Notes: generated by a model from the sequence alone, not told the origin. Numbered from the stretch's first letter, positions 17,721 through 29,142 are shown. The stretch is 64,000 nucleotides of DNA from an uncultured Verrucomicrobiae bacterium (GCA_963699145.1 OY969416.1:986226-1050225), one strand, 5' to 3'. A program made the numbers and translations.

Positions 17721-18533
17721 ATGGACCACCTCTCAAAACTCGAAAATCAAAGCGTCTACATTCTGCGCGAGGCGTATAGCAAATTTGAAAACCTCGGGAT
17801 GCTGTGGAGCATCGGCAAGGATTCTACGGTAATGCTCTGGCTGGCGCGCAAGGCGTTTTTCGGCCATGTCCCTTTTCCGCTCGTGCACGTGGACACGACT
17901 TACAAGATTCCTTCGATGATCGAATATCGCGACAAGCTGGTGCGGGATTGGAAGCTGCAACTGGTGGTCGGCAAAAACGAGGAAGTCTTGCGCAGCGGAA
18001 ATACGTTTCCGAATAACAAATTGACGCGCGTGGAATGCTGCGGCGCGCTCAAGAAGGACGCGCTCAAAACCGTGCTCGATAAACATCGTTTCACCGGCGT
18101 GATCGTCGGCGTGCGCCGCGATGAGGAACCGACGCGCGCGAAGGAGCGTTATTTCAGTCCGCGCGATAAAAACATGGAATGGAATGTCGAGGACCAGCCG
18201 CCGGAATTGTGGGACCAGTTTAAGACCGATTACGAGCCGGGCACGCACATCCGCATCCATCCGCTGTTGCATTGGACGGAGCTGAACATTTGGGAATACA
18301 TCGAGCAGGAAAATATCCCGGTGATTCCGCTTTATTTTTCGAATGACAAGGGTGAGCGGTATCGTTCCATCGGTTGCTATCCCTGCACGTTTCCCATCCA
18401 GTCGAAGGCCAGCACCGTGCCGGAGATTATTTCGGAATTGCGCGCGACCAGGACGCCGGAACGCGCCGGGCGCGCCCAGGACAAGGAAAGCGAGGACGCT
18501 TTCGAGAAACTGCGCCGCGACGGGTATATGTGA
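17721..18533 (+). CDS. cysD: Sulfate adenylyltransferase subunit 2
   Basis: [38 protein letters not shown]...HVDT PAPS-reductase-fold motifs; C-terminus ...[16 protein letters not shown]. Confidence 0.92.
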   Translation: MDHLSKLENQSVYILREAYSKFENLGMLWSIGKDSTVMLWLARKAFFGHVPFPLVHVDTTYKIPSMIEYRDKLVRDWKLQLVVGKNEEVLRSGNTFPNNKLTRVECCGALKKDALKTVLDKHRFTGVIVGVRRDEEPTRAKERYFSPRDKNMEWNVEDQPPELWDQFKTDYEPGTHIRIHPLLHWTELNIWEYIEQENIPVIPLYFSNDKGERYRSIGCYPCTFPIQSKASTVPEIISELRATRTPERAGRAQDKESEDAFEKLRRDGYM

Positions 18534-18551
18534 GTTGCGCCGGGTTCTCGC

Positions 18552-18624
18552 AGGAGACGAGGTGACGAGTCTCAAATTATTCGAGTCTTGAAATGGAAGT
18601 TTGAGACTTCTTACGTCGTCTCCT
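18552..18624 (+). other. Long imperfect hairpin filling the cysD-cysNC spacer
   Basis: aggagacga (18552-60) pairs with tcgtctcct (18616-24), and agtctcaaa (18568-76) pairs with tttgagact (18600-08). The segment between is mostly paired. Confidence 0.6.
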
Positions 18625-18645
18625 ACAGGCTAAAGAAATAAAAAT

Positions 18646-20595
18646 ATGATCTCCACCACTCCAGTTTTGGCGAATCGCGACAAAAACGGCGGCGCTGCCA
18701 CGTTGCCCACGGGTGACACGGCAGTCGTCGACGCTTCCGGTCGCCAGCTCAAGATCGTCATCGTGGGCCACGTGGATCACGGCAAGTCGACGTTCGTGGG
18801 ACGGTTGTTGCACGACACGGGCTCGCTGCCGGAAGGCAAGCTGGAGCAATTGCAGAAAATCGCCGAACGCCGCGGCATGCCGTTCGAGTGGGCGAACTTG
18901 ATGGACGCGTTGCAGGCTGAGCGCGACCAGAATATCACGATTGATACCGCGCAGATTTGGTTTCGCACGAAGAAACGGCAATACGTCATCATCGACGCGC
19001 CGGGCCACAAGGAATTTCTCAAGAACATGATCACCGGCGCGGCGAACGCGGAAGCGGCGCTGCTGTTGATCGACGCGCAGGAAGGCATCCAGGAAAATTC
19101 CCGCCGCCACGGTTACCTGCTGCATTTCCTCGGCATCACACAAATCGCGGTGTTGGTGAACAAAATGGATTTGGTTGGTTACTCGCAGGAACGGTTTGAG
19201 GCGATTGAACACGAATATCGCGCGTTCCTGAAATCGCTCGGTGTGGAGGCGCGCATTTTTGTCCCGATGGCCGCGCGCGACGGCGAGAACATCGCGGCGC
19301 CCAGTCAAAAGATGCCGTGGTGGACGGGGTCGACGGTGTTGAACGTGCTCGATCAGTTCCGCACGTCGGACCCGCCGTCGCATTTGCCGTTGCGTTTCTC
19401 GGTGCAGGACGTTTACCGGTTTGATGAGCGCCGCATCCTGGCGGGCCGCGTGGAATCGGGCATGATCAAGGTGGGCGACCGCCTGCAATTCTGCCCCACG
19501 AACAAAGTCAGCGTCGTGAAGAGCATCGAGCGTTGGAGCGCACCGGCGGCGGAGGGCGCTTCGGCTTCGGAATCGATTGGCATCACGCTCGCCGAACAAA
19601 TTTTCGTCGAACGTGGCGCGGTGGGCGCGCGCGAGGAGGCGCTGCCGTATACTCTGAATCGGCTGAAGAGCCGCGTGTTTTGGATGGGCCGCGCGCCGTT
19701 TAAGAAAGGCAAACTCTACAAGCTGAAACTGCTCGCGCAGGAAGTGGATTGCGAAATCGATTCGATTGAAAAAGTTTTGGACGCCTCCACGCTCGAAACG
19801 GTGCGCCGCGATGACAAGAACGCGCACGTGGGCCGTTACGAGATTGCTGAATTATATTTGCGCACCAAACGTCCGGTGGCGTTCGACGCGCATTCGGAAA
19901 TTATCACGACGGGTCGGTTCGTGATTTGCGACGATTTCGATGTGGTGGGCGGCGGCATTGTGGTGGAAGACGCGTATCCGCGGCTCTCGTCGGACGCGCA
20001 TCACAAGAGCCACAATATTTATTGGACCGAAGGCAAAATCGCCACCAAACAGCGGGCGCATCGCAACGGCCATCTCGGCCGCGTGGTGTGGCTGACGGGT
20101 TTGTCGGGCGCGGGGAAATCGACGGTGGCCACCGAACTCGAACGCGAGTTGTTCAACCTCGGCATGCAGGCGTATGTGCTGGACGGCGACAAGGTGCGTC
20201 ACGGATTGTGTTCCGATCTCGGCTTTTCGCCCGACGATCGCCGCGAAAATATTCGTCGCATCGGTGAGATGGCGAGGATCATGGCGGATGCGGGATTCAT
20301 TTGCATCACGGCGTTCATTTCGCCGTATCGAGCCGATCGTGACACCGTGCGCGAGCGCATGGAGCCGGGCCAATTCGTGGAAGTGTATGTGAACACGCCG
20401 CTGACGGTTTGCGAAACTCGCGATCCGAAAGGCTTGTATGCGAAGGCGCGCGCGAATGAGATCAAGGAATTCACCGGCATTTCCGCGCCCTACGAAGCGC
20501 CGCTGAAGCCGGAACTGGAAATACCGACGCACCAGTTGAGCCTCCAGGAATCGGTTGCGAAGATTGTGGAATATTTGCGGGAAGAGGCGGAGTGA
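18646..20595 (+). CDS. cysN: Bifunctional sulfate adenylyltransferase subunit 1 / adenylylsulfate kinase
   Basis: GTPase motifs [14 protein letters not shown] and NKMD in the N-terminal 430 aa. The C-terminal APS-kinase domain has [13 protein letters not shown] and ISPY..DR. Confidence 0.92.
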   Translation: MISTTPVLANRDKNGGAATLPTGDTAVVDASGRQLKIVIVGHVDHGKSTFVGRLLHDTGSLPEGKLEQLQKIAERRGMPFEWANLMDALQAERDQNITIDTAQIWFRTKKRQYVIIDAPGHKEFLKNMITGAANAEAALLLIDAQEGIQENSRRHGYLLHFLGITQIAVLVNKMDLVGYSQERFEAIEHEYRAFLKSLGVEARIFVPMAARDGENIAAPSQKMPWWTGSTVLNVLDQFRTSDPPSHLPLRFSVQDVYRFDERRILAGRVESGMIKVGDRLQFCPTNKVSVVKSIERWSAPAAEGASASESIGITLAEQIFVERGAVGAREEALPYTLNRLKSRVFWMGRAPFKKGKLYKLKLLAQEVDCEIDSIEKVLDASTLETVRRDDKNAHVGRYEIAELYLRTKRPVAFDAHSEIITTGRFVICDDFDVVGGGIVVEDAYPRLSSDAHHKSHNIYWTEGKIATKQRAHRNGHLGRVVWLTGLSGAGKSTVATELERELFNLGMQAYVLDGDKVRHGLCSDLGFSPDDRRENIRRIGEMARIMADAGFICITAFISPYRADRDTVRERMEPGQFVEVYVNTPLTVCETRDPKGLYAKARANEIKEFTGISAPYEAPLKPELEIPTHQLSLQESVAKIVEYLREEAE

Positions 20596-20599
20596 AGGC

Positions 20600-20744
20600 G
20601 GGGAGCACACGCCTCTGGCGTGTGGGTTGCGGCGTCTCGCCGCAACCTTCGTCACACAAACTTTTCTCGTTAAAATGCAAAAGATGGTTTAACAAAATCG
20701 ACGGCGGGACGCCGTCGATAGCACGCGAGACGCGTGCGCTCCCC
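20600..20744. repeat. Composite palindromic element: four GC-rich hairpins bracketed by a 7-bp terminal inverted repeat
   Basis: ggggagc (20600-06) pairs with gctcccc (20738-44). Internal hairpins are cacacgc/gcgtgtg, gttgcggc/gccgcaac, cgacggcg/cgccgtcg and gcacgcg/cgcgtgc, around an AT-rich centre. Confidence 0.8.
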
Positions 20745-20767
20745 AAAGACTTTGACGAATAATCGCA

Positions 20768-21925
20768 ATGACATCTGATCATCAGTGTTCCCACGCGCAT
20801 TGTGGCTGCGCTCCGCGCCATCTTGTGGTGAGCGTGGATTATGAAATCTTCGGCAACGGTGAGGGCGACGTGCGGCAACATGTCGTTGATCCGACCGAGC
20901 GCATGGCGAAGTTGTGCGAAAAATACGGCGCGGTGTTGACCGTGTTTTTCGAGGTGGAGGAGTATCTCGCGTTCGAAAAATTTCGCGACACGCTCGTGAA
21001 ACAACTCGGCTACGACCCGGCCGCGTTGATTCGGGCGCAGGTCATCGATCTCGCCAGGCGCGGCCACGATATCCAATTGCATTTGCATCCGGAATGGCAT
21101 CGCGCGGATTACAAAAATGGAAAATGGATTCTTCAGCGCGACAAGATGACGGTGGATTCGCTGTTTGAAACGCAGGAGGAGACCACCGATTTCATCGCCG
21201 CGCGCAAAGCGGTGATTGAGAAAATGCTCGCGGAAGCCGGCCGCCAGGAAAAAGTCACGGTTTATCGCGCGGGCGCGTTTTCGGCGCAGCCGGGAGCGAA
21301 GCTGTTGCCCGCACTCGCCAAAAATGGATTCGTCATTGATTCGTCGGTTGTGAAAGGGTTGGTGGCGCCGAAGGCTCACGGCGGCAGCGGGCTGGATTAT
21401 CGCAACGCGCCCTCCGCCAAGGAACCGTGGCGCGTGAGCCGCGATGTGATCGAGGTGGATCCGGCGGGCCTCATTTGGGAAGTGCCGATCTATTCAAAAA
21501 TGGGACGTCGGTATCAGCAGTTCACCATCCGGCGATTGCGCGCGAAGTTTTCGAAGAACATTCCCAAGGCGCAAAGGCAGGACATGGTGCAAAAGCTGGG
21601 CGTGAAGAAAGACCCGGTCAGCATTTTGAAATTCCTCGCGCAGCCGATTCCGATCAAACTGGATTTTCATAATCAACCACCGTCCACGCTGGTGCACTGG
21701 AGCAAATCCGCTCCGGCGTCACCGAAAGGCAGCCCGGACGTGGTGGTGCTGATCGGTCACACGAAGGAACACACGGACGACGCCGCGTTTGAAAAGTTTT
21801 TGGCGTTCGCGAAACATATCGGCGGGCTGAAGGTGTCGGGCTTTGGAGAGATTGCGGAATTATTGCGGCCCAAATTGAACGGGTCTGCGAGGACAACCGC
21901 GCCGGCGCTCTCGGCGGCGAACTAA
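20768..21925 (+). CDS. Hypothetical protein, possibly polysaccharide-deacetylase-like (CE4-type barrel)
   Basis: 385-aa ORF with good coding texture. VVSVDYEIFGNGEGDV ... VLTVFFEV ... GHDIQLHLHPEWH is reminiscent of divergent deacetylase/hydrolase barrels. Function is not secure. Confidence 0.55.
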   Translation: MTSDHQCSHAHCGCAPRHLVVSVDYEIFGNGEGDVRQHVVDPTERMAKLCEKYGAVLTVFFEVEEYLAFEKFRDTLVKQLGYDPAALIRAQVIDLARRGHDIQLHLHPEWHRADYKNGKWILQRDKMTVDSLFETQEETTDFIAARKAVIEKMLAEAGRQEKVTVYRAGAFSAQPGAKLLPALAKNGFVIDSSVVKGLVAPKAHGGSGLDYRNAPSAKEPWRVSRDVIEVDPAGLIWEVPIYSKMGRRYQQFTIRRLRAKFSKNIPKAQRQDMVQKLGVKKDPVSILKFLAQPIPIKLDFHNQPPSTLVHWSKSAPASPKGSPDVVVLIGHTKEHTDDAAFEKFLAFAKHIGGLKVSGFGEIAELLRPKLNGSARTTAPALSAAN

Positions 21926-21932
21926 TTTCAGG

Positions 21933-23126
21933 ATGGATTCCACGGCAACAGTTCCGATGCAAAACGAAACAGCGACCAATCGCGTGCGCGACGGGCGTGT
22001 CCCGGCGCGCGACGCGGAGGCGAGCCGTTTGGTGGCCGGGGGCATCGCGCGTTTCGAGTCGTGGCTGGATAAAAACGGTTTCGCGAGTTTCGATCCCTAC
22101 GATGTCTGGGGCACGAAGTATGGCGTGTTTGCGCGGCGGGTTTATTACGAGAAGGGCAAAATCGCGTTGCCGCTGATCGCGCCGATCCTCGCGCTGGAAT
22201 TTCTGTGCCCGTCCCTGCGCAGTTGGTTCGTGAAGAAGGACCGGTTTGCGACGGCGGACGGCCAGTTGACGACCGCGTTTTTGAATTTGTATCGCGTGAG
22301 CGGCGAGCGGAAATATTTGGAGACTGCGATTCGGCTCGGCGAAGACATGCTGCAATACAGCGTGCCGGGCTATAGCGGCAAATGCTGGGGTTACCCGTTC
22401 GACTGGCAAAACAATCGCGGGCTCTGGAAGAAGAACACGCCTTACATCACGTGCACGCCATACTGTTTCGCGGCGTATCTCGGACTTTACGACGCAACTG
22501 GCGAGCAGCGGTATCTTGACATCGCGCGCTCCATCGCGACGTTCGTTTTCACGGATTTGAAGGACACGCCGACGGGCGCGGATGCCGCCGCCGCGAGCTA
22601 TTCGCCGATGGACGCGACCAAGGTGGTGAATGCCAGCGCCTATCGCGCGTGGGTGTTGTTCGAGGCGGATGCGCGATTCAACCTGCCCGAATACAAAGCC
22701 AAGGCGCAGCGGAACTTGAATTTCATTTTGCAAAGCCAGCGCGCGGATGGAGCCTGGTTGTATGCCACGGAGGGCTCGGGCGAGGGATTCATCGATAATT
22801 TTCACACGGCGTTCGTGCTGAAAAATCTGTACAAAATAAATCAACGACTGAAGAATCCCGCGGTGGATGCCGCGATCAAAAAAGGCTGGGAGTTTTATCG
22901 CCGCGAATTGTTCGATGCGAAGGGCGAACCCAAATCGTTCGCTCTCGAGCCGCGCACGCAGATCGTGAAGCTGGAGATGTATAATTTCGCGGAAGGCATC
23001 ACGCTGGGGGCGTTGTTGAAGGATTTTGTCCCGGATGCTTTCGCCTTCGCGCAAAATCTGGCCGCGACCTTGTGCAGTCGTTATCAATTGCCCCAAGGCT
23101 ATTTCGTGACACGCGTTTTTAAGTAA
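21933..23126 (+). CDS. Hypothetical protein, possibly (alpha/alpha)6-toroid carbohydrate-active enzyme
   Basis: 397-aa ORF 8 nt after the previous stop. Repeated aromatic/Gly helix-hairpin text (CWGYPFDWQN, GAWLYATEGSGEGFIDNFHTAFVLK). No catalytic assignment is possible by eye. Confidence 0.55.
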   Translation: MDSTATVPMQNETATNRVRDGRVPARDAEASRLVAGGIARFESWLDKNGFASFDPYDVWGTKYGVFARRVYYEKGKIALPLIAPILALEFLCPSLRSWFVKKDRFATADGQLTTAFLNLYRVSGERKYLETAIRLGEDMLQYSVPGYSGKCWGYPFDWQNNRGLWKKNTPYITCTPYCFAAYLGLYDATGEQRYLDIARSIATFVFTDLKDTPTGADAAAASYSPMDATKVVNASAYRAWVLFEADARFNLPEYKAKAQRNLNFILQSQRADGAWLYATEGSGEGFIDNFHTAFVLKNLYKINQRLKNPAVDAAIKKGWEFYRRELFDAKGEPKSFALEPRTQIVKLEMYNFAEGITLGALLKDFVPDAFAFAQNLAATLCSRYQLPQGYFVTRVFK

Positions 23127-23225
23127 CGGATTCCAGCACACCTTTCCGTTCCTGCGCTGGCCGCAGGCGCAATTGTTCTATTCGCTGACCAATTTGTTGC
23201 AGGCGTCGCAGGAAGGCGCGCAGCC

Positions 23226-23993
23226 ATGATCAAAAAGCGAGGTCCGAACGCATCCCTGGCCACTCCGCCTCCGAAGGCCGAACCGAAAAAAGACGCGGCC
23301 AAAGCTGCGGAAAAACCGAAGCGACGTTTTTTTGGATTACTCCGGCGCAAAGAAAAATGGGTGCTGTCGTGGCGCGGGCGATTTGTGTTTTGGGGCGGGC
23401 TGGCGGTGCTGGGTGTGATTTGCATTTTGAGGATTCACCCTTTTCTTTGCGTGACGAATCGCGCGGACACGCAGTATCTGGTGGTTGAAGGCTGGGTGCC
23501 GAATTATGCGTTGCAGGAAAGCATTGCGGAGTTCAAAAGCAAACCATACACGAAACTGTTTACGGTGGGCGGGACTCCGTTGACCGGCAAATACATTGAA
23601 CCCGCCGACAGTGTCGCCCAGGAAGCGTGTAATCGCCTTAAATGGATGGGCATGAGCCCCGACGTGCTGCAAGCCTGCCCGGCGACGACGGAATATCGCA
23701 ATCGCACGTTTGAATCCGCGCGGGCGCTGAGAAAATGGATGGAAGACAACCACGTGCCGGCCACGAGTTTTAATTTGATGACCCTCGGGGCGCACGCGCG
23801 GCGCAGCCGGCTGTTGTTTGAGGAAGCATTTGACGGAAAAGCGAGCGTGGGCATCATCTCGATCACCAACCGCGAATATGACCCCAGGCATTGGTGGAAA
23901 TACAGCGAAGGCGTCAGGGAAGTCATCGGCGAAAGCATCGCCTACGTTTACGCGCGTTTCTTTTTCCATTACGAAGATAATGACACCAACTGA
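23226..23993 (+). CDS. DUF218 (SanA/ElyC/YdcF-like) membrane-anchored protein
   Basis: Lys-rich N-terminus and one TM helix, then YLVVEGWVPNY...FTVGGTP...TLGAHARRSRLLF, typical of the DUF218 envelope-biogenesis family. Confidence 0.65.
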   Translation: MIKKRGPNASLATPPPKAEPKKDAAKAAEKPKRRFFGLLRRKEKWVLSWRGRFVFWGGLAVLGVICILRIHPFLCVTNRADTQYLVVEGWVPNYALQESIAEFKSKPYTKLFTVGGTPLTGKYIEPADSVAQEACNRLKWMGMSPDVLQACPATTEYRNRTFESARALRKWMEDNHVPATSFNLMTLGAHARRSRLLFEEAFDGKASVGIISITNREYDPRHWWKYSEGVREVIGESIAYVYARFFFHYEDNDTN

Positions 23994-23999
23994 ATCATT

Positions 24000-25043
<1,044 letters not shown>

Positions 25044-25115
25044 AATTTGCGGTAGTTAAAACACGAAATCAGAAAAACTGCGTTTATTCATCTAAATACA
25101 GACAAACCACCTATT

Positions 25116-26402
25116 ATGAAGATAGCCATTGTTGGTCTCGGATACGTCGGTCTGCCGTTGTCGCTGCAATTCGCCCGTTCGGGAGTGAGCGTGCTCGGGC
25201 TCGATGTCGACCCGGCCAAAATTGAGTCACTCAACGCGGGCCGCAGCTACATCAAACACATTGAATCCTCCGCGATCGCGGAGCATGTGAAGGGCAAAAT
25301 GTTCGAGGCATCCGCGGATTTCAGCCGCATCAAGGAAGTCGAGGCCGTGATCATCTGCGTGCCGACGCCGCTGAATAAAAACCGCGAGCCCGATATTTCG
25401 TTCATCATCAACACGGGCAAGAGCATCGCGCCGCATTTGCACAAGGGCATCCTGATCGTGCTGGAATCGACGACCTATCCCGGAACGACGGACGAAGATT
25501 TGCGCTATGTGTTGGAAGCCGGTTCGAGCCTCAAGGCGGGCACGGATTTTCACCTCGCGTTTTCACCCGAACGCGAAGATCCGGGCAATCCGAACAGCAA
25601 AGTGGCGGTGATTCCGAAAGTCATCGGCGGTTACACTCCGGCCTGTCTCGAACATGCGAAGGACGTTTACGGGAAGGCAATCAAGACGTTGATTCCGGTT
25701 TCCTCGTGCCGCACGGCGGAAGCGACCAAGCTCACGGAAAATATTTTCCGCAGCGTGAACATCGCGCTCGTGAACGAGCTTAAGATCGTTTATTCCGCGA
25801 TGGGCATCGACGTGTGGGAAGTGATTGAAGCCGCGAAGACGAAGCCGTTCGGGTTCATGGCGTTTTATCCGGGGCCGGGTTTGGGCGGTCACTGCATCCC
25901 CATCGATCCGTTTTATCTGACGTGGAAAGCGCGTGAATATGTGCAGAACACGCGCTTCATCGAACTGGCCGGCGAAATCAACACAGCCATGCCGGAATAT
26001 GTGGTGAATCGCGCCGCGGAAGCGTTGAACGCGCAGAAGAAATCGATCAACGGCAGCAAGGTGCTCATCGTCGGCCTTGCTTACAAAGCGGACGTCGACG
26101 ACGACCGCGAATCACCGAGCTACGTGTTGTTGAATTTGTTCCAGCAGCGCGGCGCGGAAGTGGCCTACTACGATCCGTACGTGCCGGTGATCCGGCCGAC
26201 GCGCGAGCACCCGCAGTGGGCGGGCATGAAATCGGTGGCGTGGAACAAGGAAACATTGGGGGGATACGACGTGGTGCTGATTGCCACCAAGCACGCGAGT
26301 GTCAATTACCGCGAATTGGGCGAATGGTCGCGCTGCATTGTTGACACCCGCAATGCGATGAACGGAATCCCGTTGAAACAAGGCCAGCTTTGGAAGGCAT
26401 GA
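25116..26402 (+). CDS. UDP-N-acetyl-hexosamine 6-dehydrogenase (nucleotide-sugar dehydrogenase family)
   Basis: MKIAIVGLGYVGLPLSLQFA and GPGLGGHCIPIDP (catalytic Cys). Length and colinearity match WbpO/TviB/WecC-type enzymes. Confidence 0.9.
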   Translation: MKIAIVGLGYVGLPLSLQFARSGVSVLGLDVDPAKIESLNAGRSYIKHIESSAIAEHVKGKMFEASADFSRIKEVEAVIICVPTPLNKNREPDISFIINTGKSIAPHLHKGILIVLESTTYPGTTDEDLRYVLEAGSSLKAGTDFHLAFSPEREDPGNPNSKVAVIPKVIGGYTPACLEHAKDVYGKAIKTLIPVSSCRTAEATKLTENIFRSVNIALVNELKIVYSAMGIDVWEVIEAAKTKPFGFMAFYPGPGLGGHCIPIDPFYLTWKAREYVQNTRFIELAGEINTAMPEYVVNRAAEALNAQKKSINGSKVLIVGLAYKADVDDDRESPSYVLLNLFQQRGAEVAYYDPYVPVIRPTREHPQWAGMKSVAWNKETLGGYDVVLIATKHASVNYRELGEWSRCIVDTRNAMNGIPLKQGQLWKA

Positions 26403-26650
26403 GCAGGATTACGGGCTCCGCGCTCCGTATTTTGACGGAAAAGGTTACACTTGAACTTGTAACTCATTTGTTACGATACGAGCGTGAGTCAATTGTAAAT
26501 TATTGTTGTTAAGCAATTTGTAAATAATCTTTTATAAATTGCTTATGTGGGTATGGCTACTGCTAGGGGTGAGGGGCGGATGCTTGAAGTCTTTGAACCG
26601 GACTGAGAAGCATAGAATGGAAACCTGAACCCGAAGCTATTTGTATTGGC

Positions 26651-27655
26651 ATGCTGACTCTTCTTCTAGGGGCGACTGGTTATATCGGGCAGGCTTTCTC
26701 GCGCGAACTGCGCCGCCGCGGCGATTGTTTTATCCCGCTCACGCGGAGCGCCGTTGACTACACCTGTTTCGAGCATCTCTTCGACTACGTTCGCAAGATG
26801 AAGCCGGAATTCGTGATCAACGCCGCCGGTTACATGGGGAAGCCGAACGTGGACGCCTGCGAACTGGCGCGGGAGGAAACGTTGTGGGGCAACACGCTGT
26901 TGCCGCAGACGGTTGCCCGCGTTTGTTTGATGACGAACACGCCGTGGGCGCATATTTCAACCGGGGACATTTATACCGGGGCGAAAATCGTGGACAGCAG
27001 CGGCACGCGCGTGGTGCGGGATTTAAACACGCCCGAGATGCGCTGCCTGTTCGAGTTGAACCCGGGTTTGTTCCACGGCTTCACGGAACGCGACGAGCCG
27101 AATTTTTCGTTCCGCAGCGCGCCGTGCAATTTTTACAGCGGCACCAAGGCGCTGGCGGAGGAGGCGGTCGCGAAGATGGGGCAGAACTTCATCTGGCGCT
27201 TGTTGAATCCGTTCAACGAAATCGACCGGCTGCCGAATTTGTTTTCGAAGCTGGAGCGATATTCGAAGGTGTACGATCACGTGGGCTCGTTTTCGCAGCT
27301 TGACGATTCCGTGCGGGCCTGTCTTGATCTTTGGGAAAAGCACGCCCCGTATGGAACGTATAACGTGGCGAATCCCGGAGCCGTGACGACCCGCCAGATC
27401 GTGACGATGATGCAATGCATTCTCAGGTCCGACCGGAATTTTGAATTCTGGAAGGATGACGAGGAGTTTTACCGTGACGGCGCGAAGGCGCCGCGGGCGA
27501 ATTGCATCCTGGATGTGTCCAAGCTTCTGTCGCAGGGCATCCGCATGAGGCCCGTGCAGGATGCGATGGAGGATTCGCTGGAACGCTGGCAGGCGGCGGC
27601 GCGCCCATTGCAGCGGCGGACCGCGCATTCGGAGCCGTTGCCCATTGTAGGTTGA
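26651..27655 (+). CDS. SDR-family NAD(P)-dependent sugar epimerase/reductase
   Basis: MLTLLLGATGYIGQAFSREL glycine-rich N-terminus and YSGTKALAE (YxxxK). Confidence 0.75.
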   Translation: MLTLLLGATGYIGQAFSRELRRRGDCFIPLTRSAVDYTCFEHLFDYVRKMKPEFVINAAGYMGKPNVDACELAREETLWGNTLLPQTVARVCLMTNTPWAHISTGDIYTGAKIVDSSGTRVVRDLNTPEMRCLFELNPGLFHGFTERDEPNFSFRSAPCNFYSGTKALAEEAVAKMGQNFIWRLLNPFNEIDRLPNLFSKLERYSKVYDHVGSFSQLDDSVRACLDLWEKHAPYGTYNVANPGAVTTRQIVTMMQCILRSDRNFEFWKDDEEFYRDGAKAPRANCILDVSKLLSQGIRMRPVQDAMEDSLERWQAAARPLQRRTAHSEPLPIVG

Positions 27656-27669
27656 ACCAACACCACTCT

Positions 27670-29142
27670 ATGCATTTGGACGGCCGATCGCGCCTGCGCC
27701 TCGGAGCCGCCAGCAACCGGCTTTGCCGCTGGCTGGCAGTTCTTTTTCCCGCCACCCTGGTCGGAAGTGTTTTCGGCCAGAGTTATCTTGCGCCCCCGCC
27801 CGGTTTCGGGGGAGCACCCGCGGTCCCCGCGATGGGCAATGCGACGCCCGGCGCAGTCCAGGGAAACGGCCAGCTCAACAGCCAGACGCTGGACCAGATC
27901 AATGCCCAGGCGAATGGTCCGACCAGCTCTACCGGGCTGCCGGCCAATGGTCAGCCGGGTACTGGTGGCAGTGGGACGACGACTGAAGGAGGCAAGGAAG
28001 TAACGGCTGCGGCGCCCATGGCGGCACCGCTGGATGCGCTGGCCCGCTGGGGCGCGGTGCACATTCATCCGCACGTGAGTTACCAGTTTTTGTATGCCAC
28101 CGGCATTCACAACCAGCCGGGCAACGAGGCGGATACCTACACGCAGACGGTCTCTCCCGGAGTGACGATTGTCCTGGGGCCGCATGCGACACTGGATTAC
28201 ACCCCGAGCATTCGATTTTTTTCGGAGAAGGATTTTCACGACACGGTGGATCACTCTGTGAATTTTCACGCGGGCTACAACATCGGGGATTGGACGCTGG
28301 GCGTCTCGCAAGGCGTTTTGATCGCCGACGAGCCGCTGGTGGCGACCAGCAGCCAGGTGGAACAATCGAATTATCGGTCGGGATTGCTGGCGTCGTACAG
28401 TGTGAACGACAAGCTTACCCTGGCCACCACTGCGAGCCTGAGTTTCCTGGATTCCAGCGGCGGCGGCACGACCAATATATTTGTGGGTGGACCTCATGGC
28501 GCGGCGGCTCAATTGACCGATTCCCAGGATTACGCCGCCACCGAAACGCTGGATTATAAGTTCAACGACAAATTTTCCGGCGGCATGTCGGCGTCGTTCG
28601 GTTACACGGCCCAGACCGCCGGCTTTCGCTCGTTTGAACAAAACTACGGTCTCCACATCGGCTGGCACCCGGCGCAGAAATTTTCCGCCACGGTGAGCGG
28701 CGGGTTCGAGGAGCGAAATTTTTTGGACTCCGAAACGTCAACCGCCTGGAACCCGGTGTACTCGGTGACGCTCGGATACCAAATGTTTGAACAAACTTCG
28801 TTAACGCTCTCGGCGAATCGTTCCACCGACGCATCGATCTTTGACCACCAGTTGACGCAAGACACTTCGGTCGGGGTGGCGCTGCAGCAACGACTTTTGG
28901 GATTCATGCAACTGTCGCTGGGGGTTGGTTACAACAAAACCGACTATGAATCGACCCAGACCACCGACCTGAGCAAGTCGCGCAGTGATGACAGCACTAC
29001 TTTCACCGCGGGTCTCACGGTTCCATTCCTGAGGCGTTGCAGTTTGGCGATCTTTTATCAATACGCTGAGAATAGCTCGAGCCAGACGGGCTTCAGTTAC
29101 GATAGCAGCTCGATTGGCGCGGTATTGTCCTGGTCCTACTGA
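27670..29142 (+). CDS. Outer-membrane beta-barrel protein of the EPS/PEP-CTERM locus
   Basis: ORF 27502..29142, but 27502-27655 overlaps the upstream gene. ATG 27670 gives a signal-like N-terminus. Alternating amphipathic strands run throughout, and the terminal ...GAVLSWSY ends in an aromatic residue typical of OMPs. Confidence 0.65.
   Translation: MHLDGRSRLRLGAASNRLCRWLAVLFPATLVGSVFGQSYLAPPPGFGGAPAVPAMGNATPGAVQGNGQLNSQTLDQINAQANGPTSSTGLPANGQPGTGGSGTTTEGGKEVTAAAPMAAPLDALARWGAVHIHPHVSYQFLYATGIHNQPGNEADTYTQTVSPGVTIVLGPHATLDYTPSIRFFSEKDFHDTVDHSVNFHAGYNIGDWTLGVSQGVLIADEPLVATSSQVEQSNYRSGLLASYSVNDKLTLATTASLSFLDSSGGGTTNIFVGGPHGAAAQLTDSQDYAATETLDYKFNDKFSGGMSASFGYTAQTAGFRSFEQNYGLHIGWHPAQKFSATVSGGFEERNFLDSETSTAWNPVYSVTLGYQMFEQTSLTLSANRSTDASIFDHQLTQDTSVGVALQQRLLGFMQLSLGVGYNKTDYESTQTTDLSKSRSDDSTTFTAGLTVPFLRRCSLAIFYQYAENSSSQTGFSYDSSSIGAVLSWSY

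Noticed and set aside
27502-27669. N-terminal extension of the outer-membrane barrel ORF
   Set aside because: It overlaps the 3' end of the SDR gene (26651..27655) in another frame. ATG 27670 yields a signal-peptide-like start.
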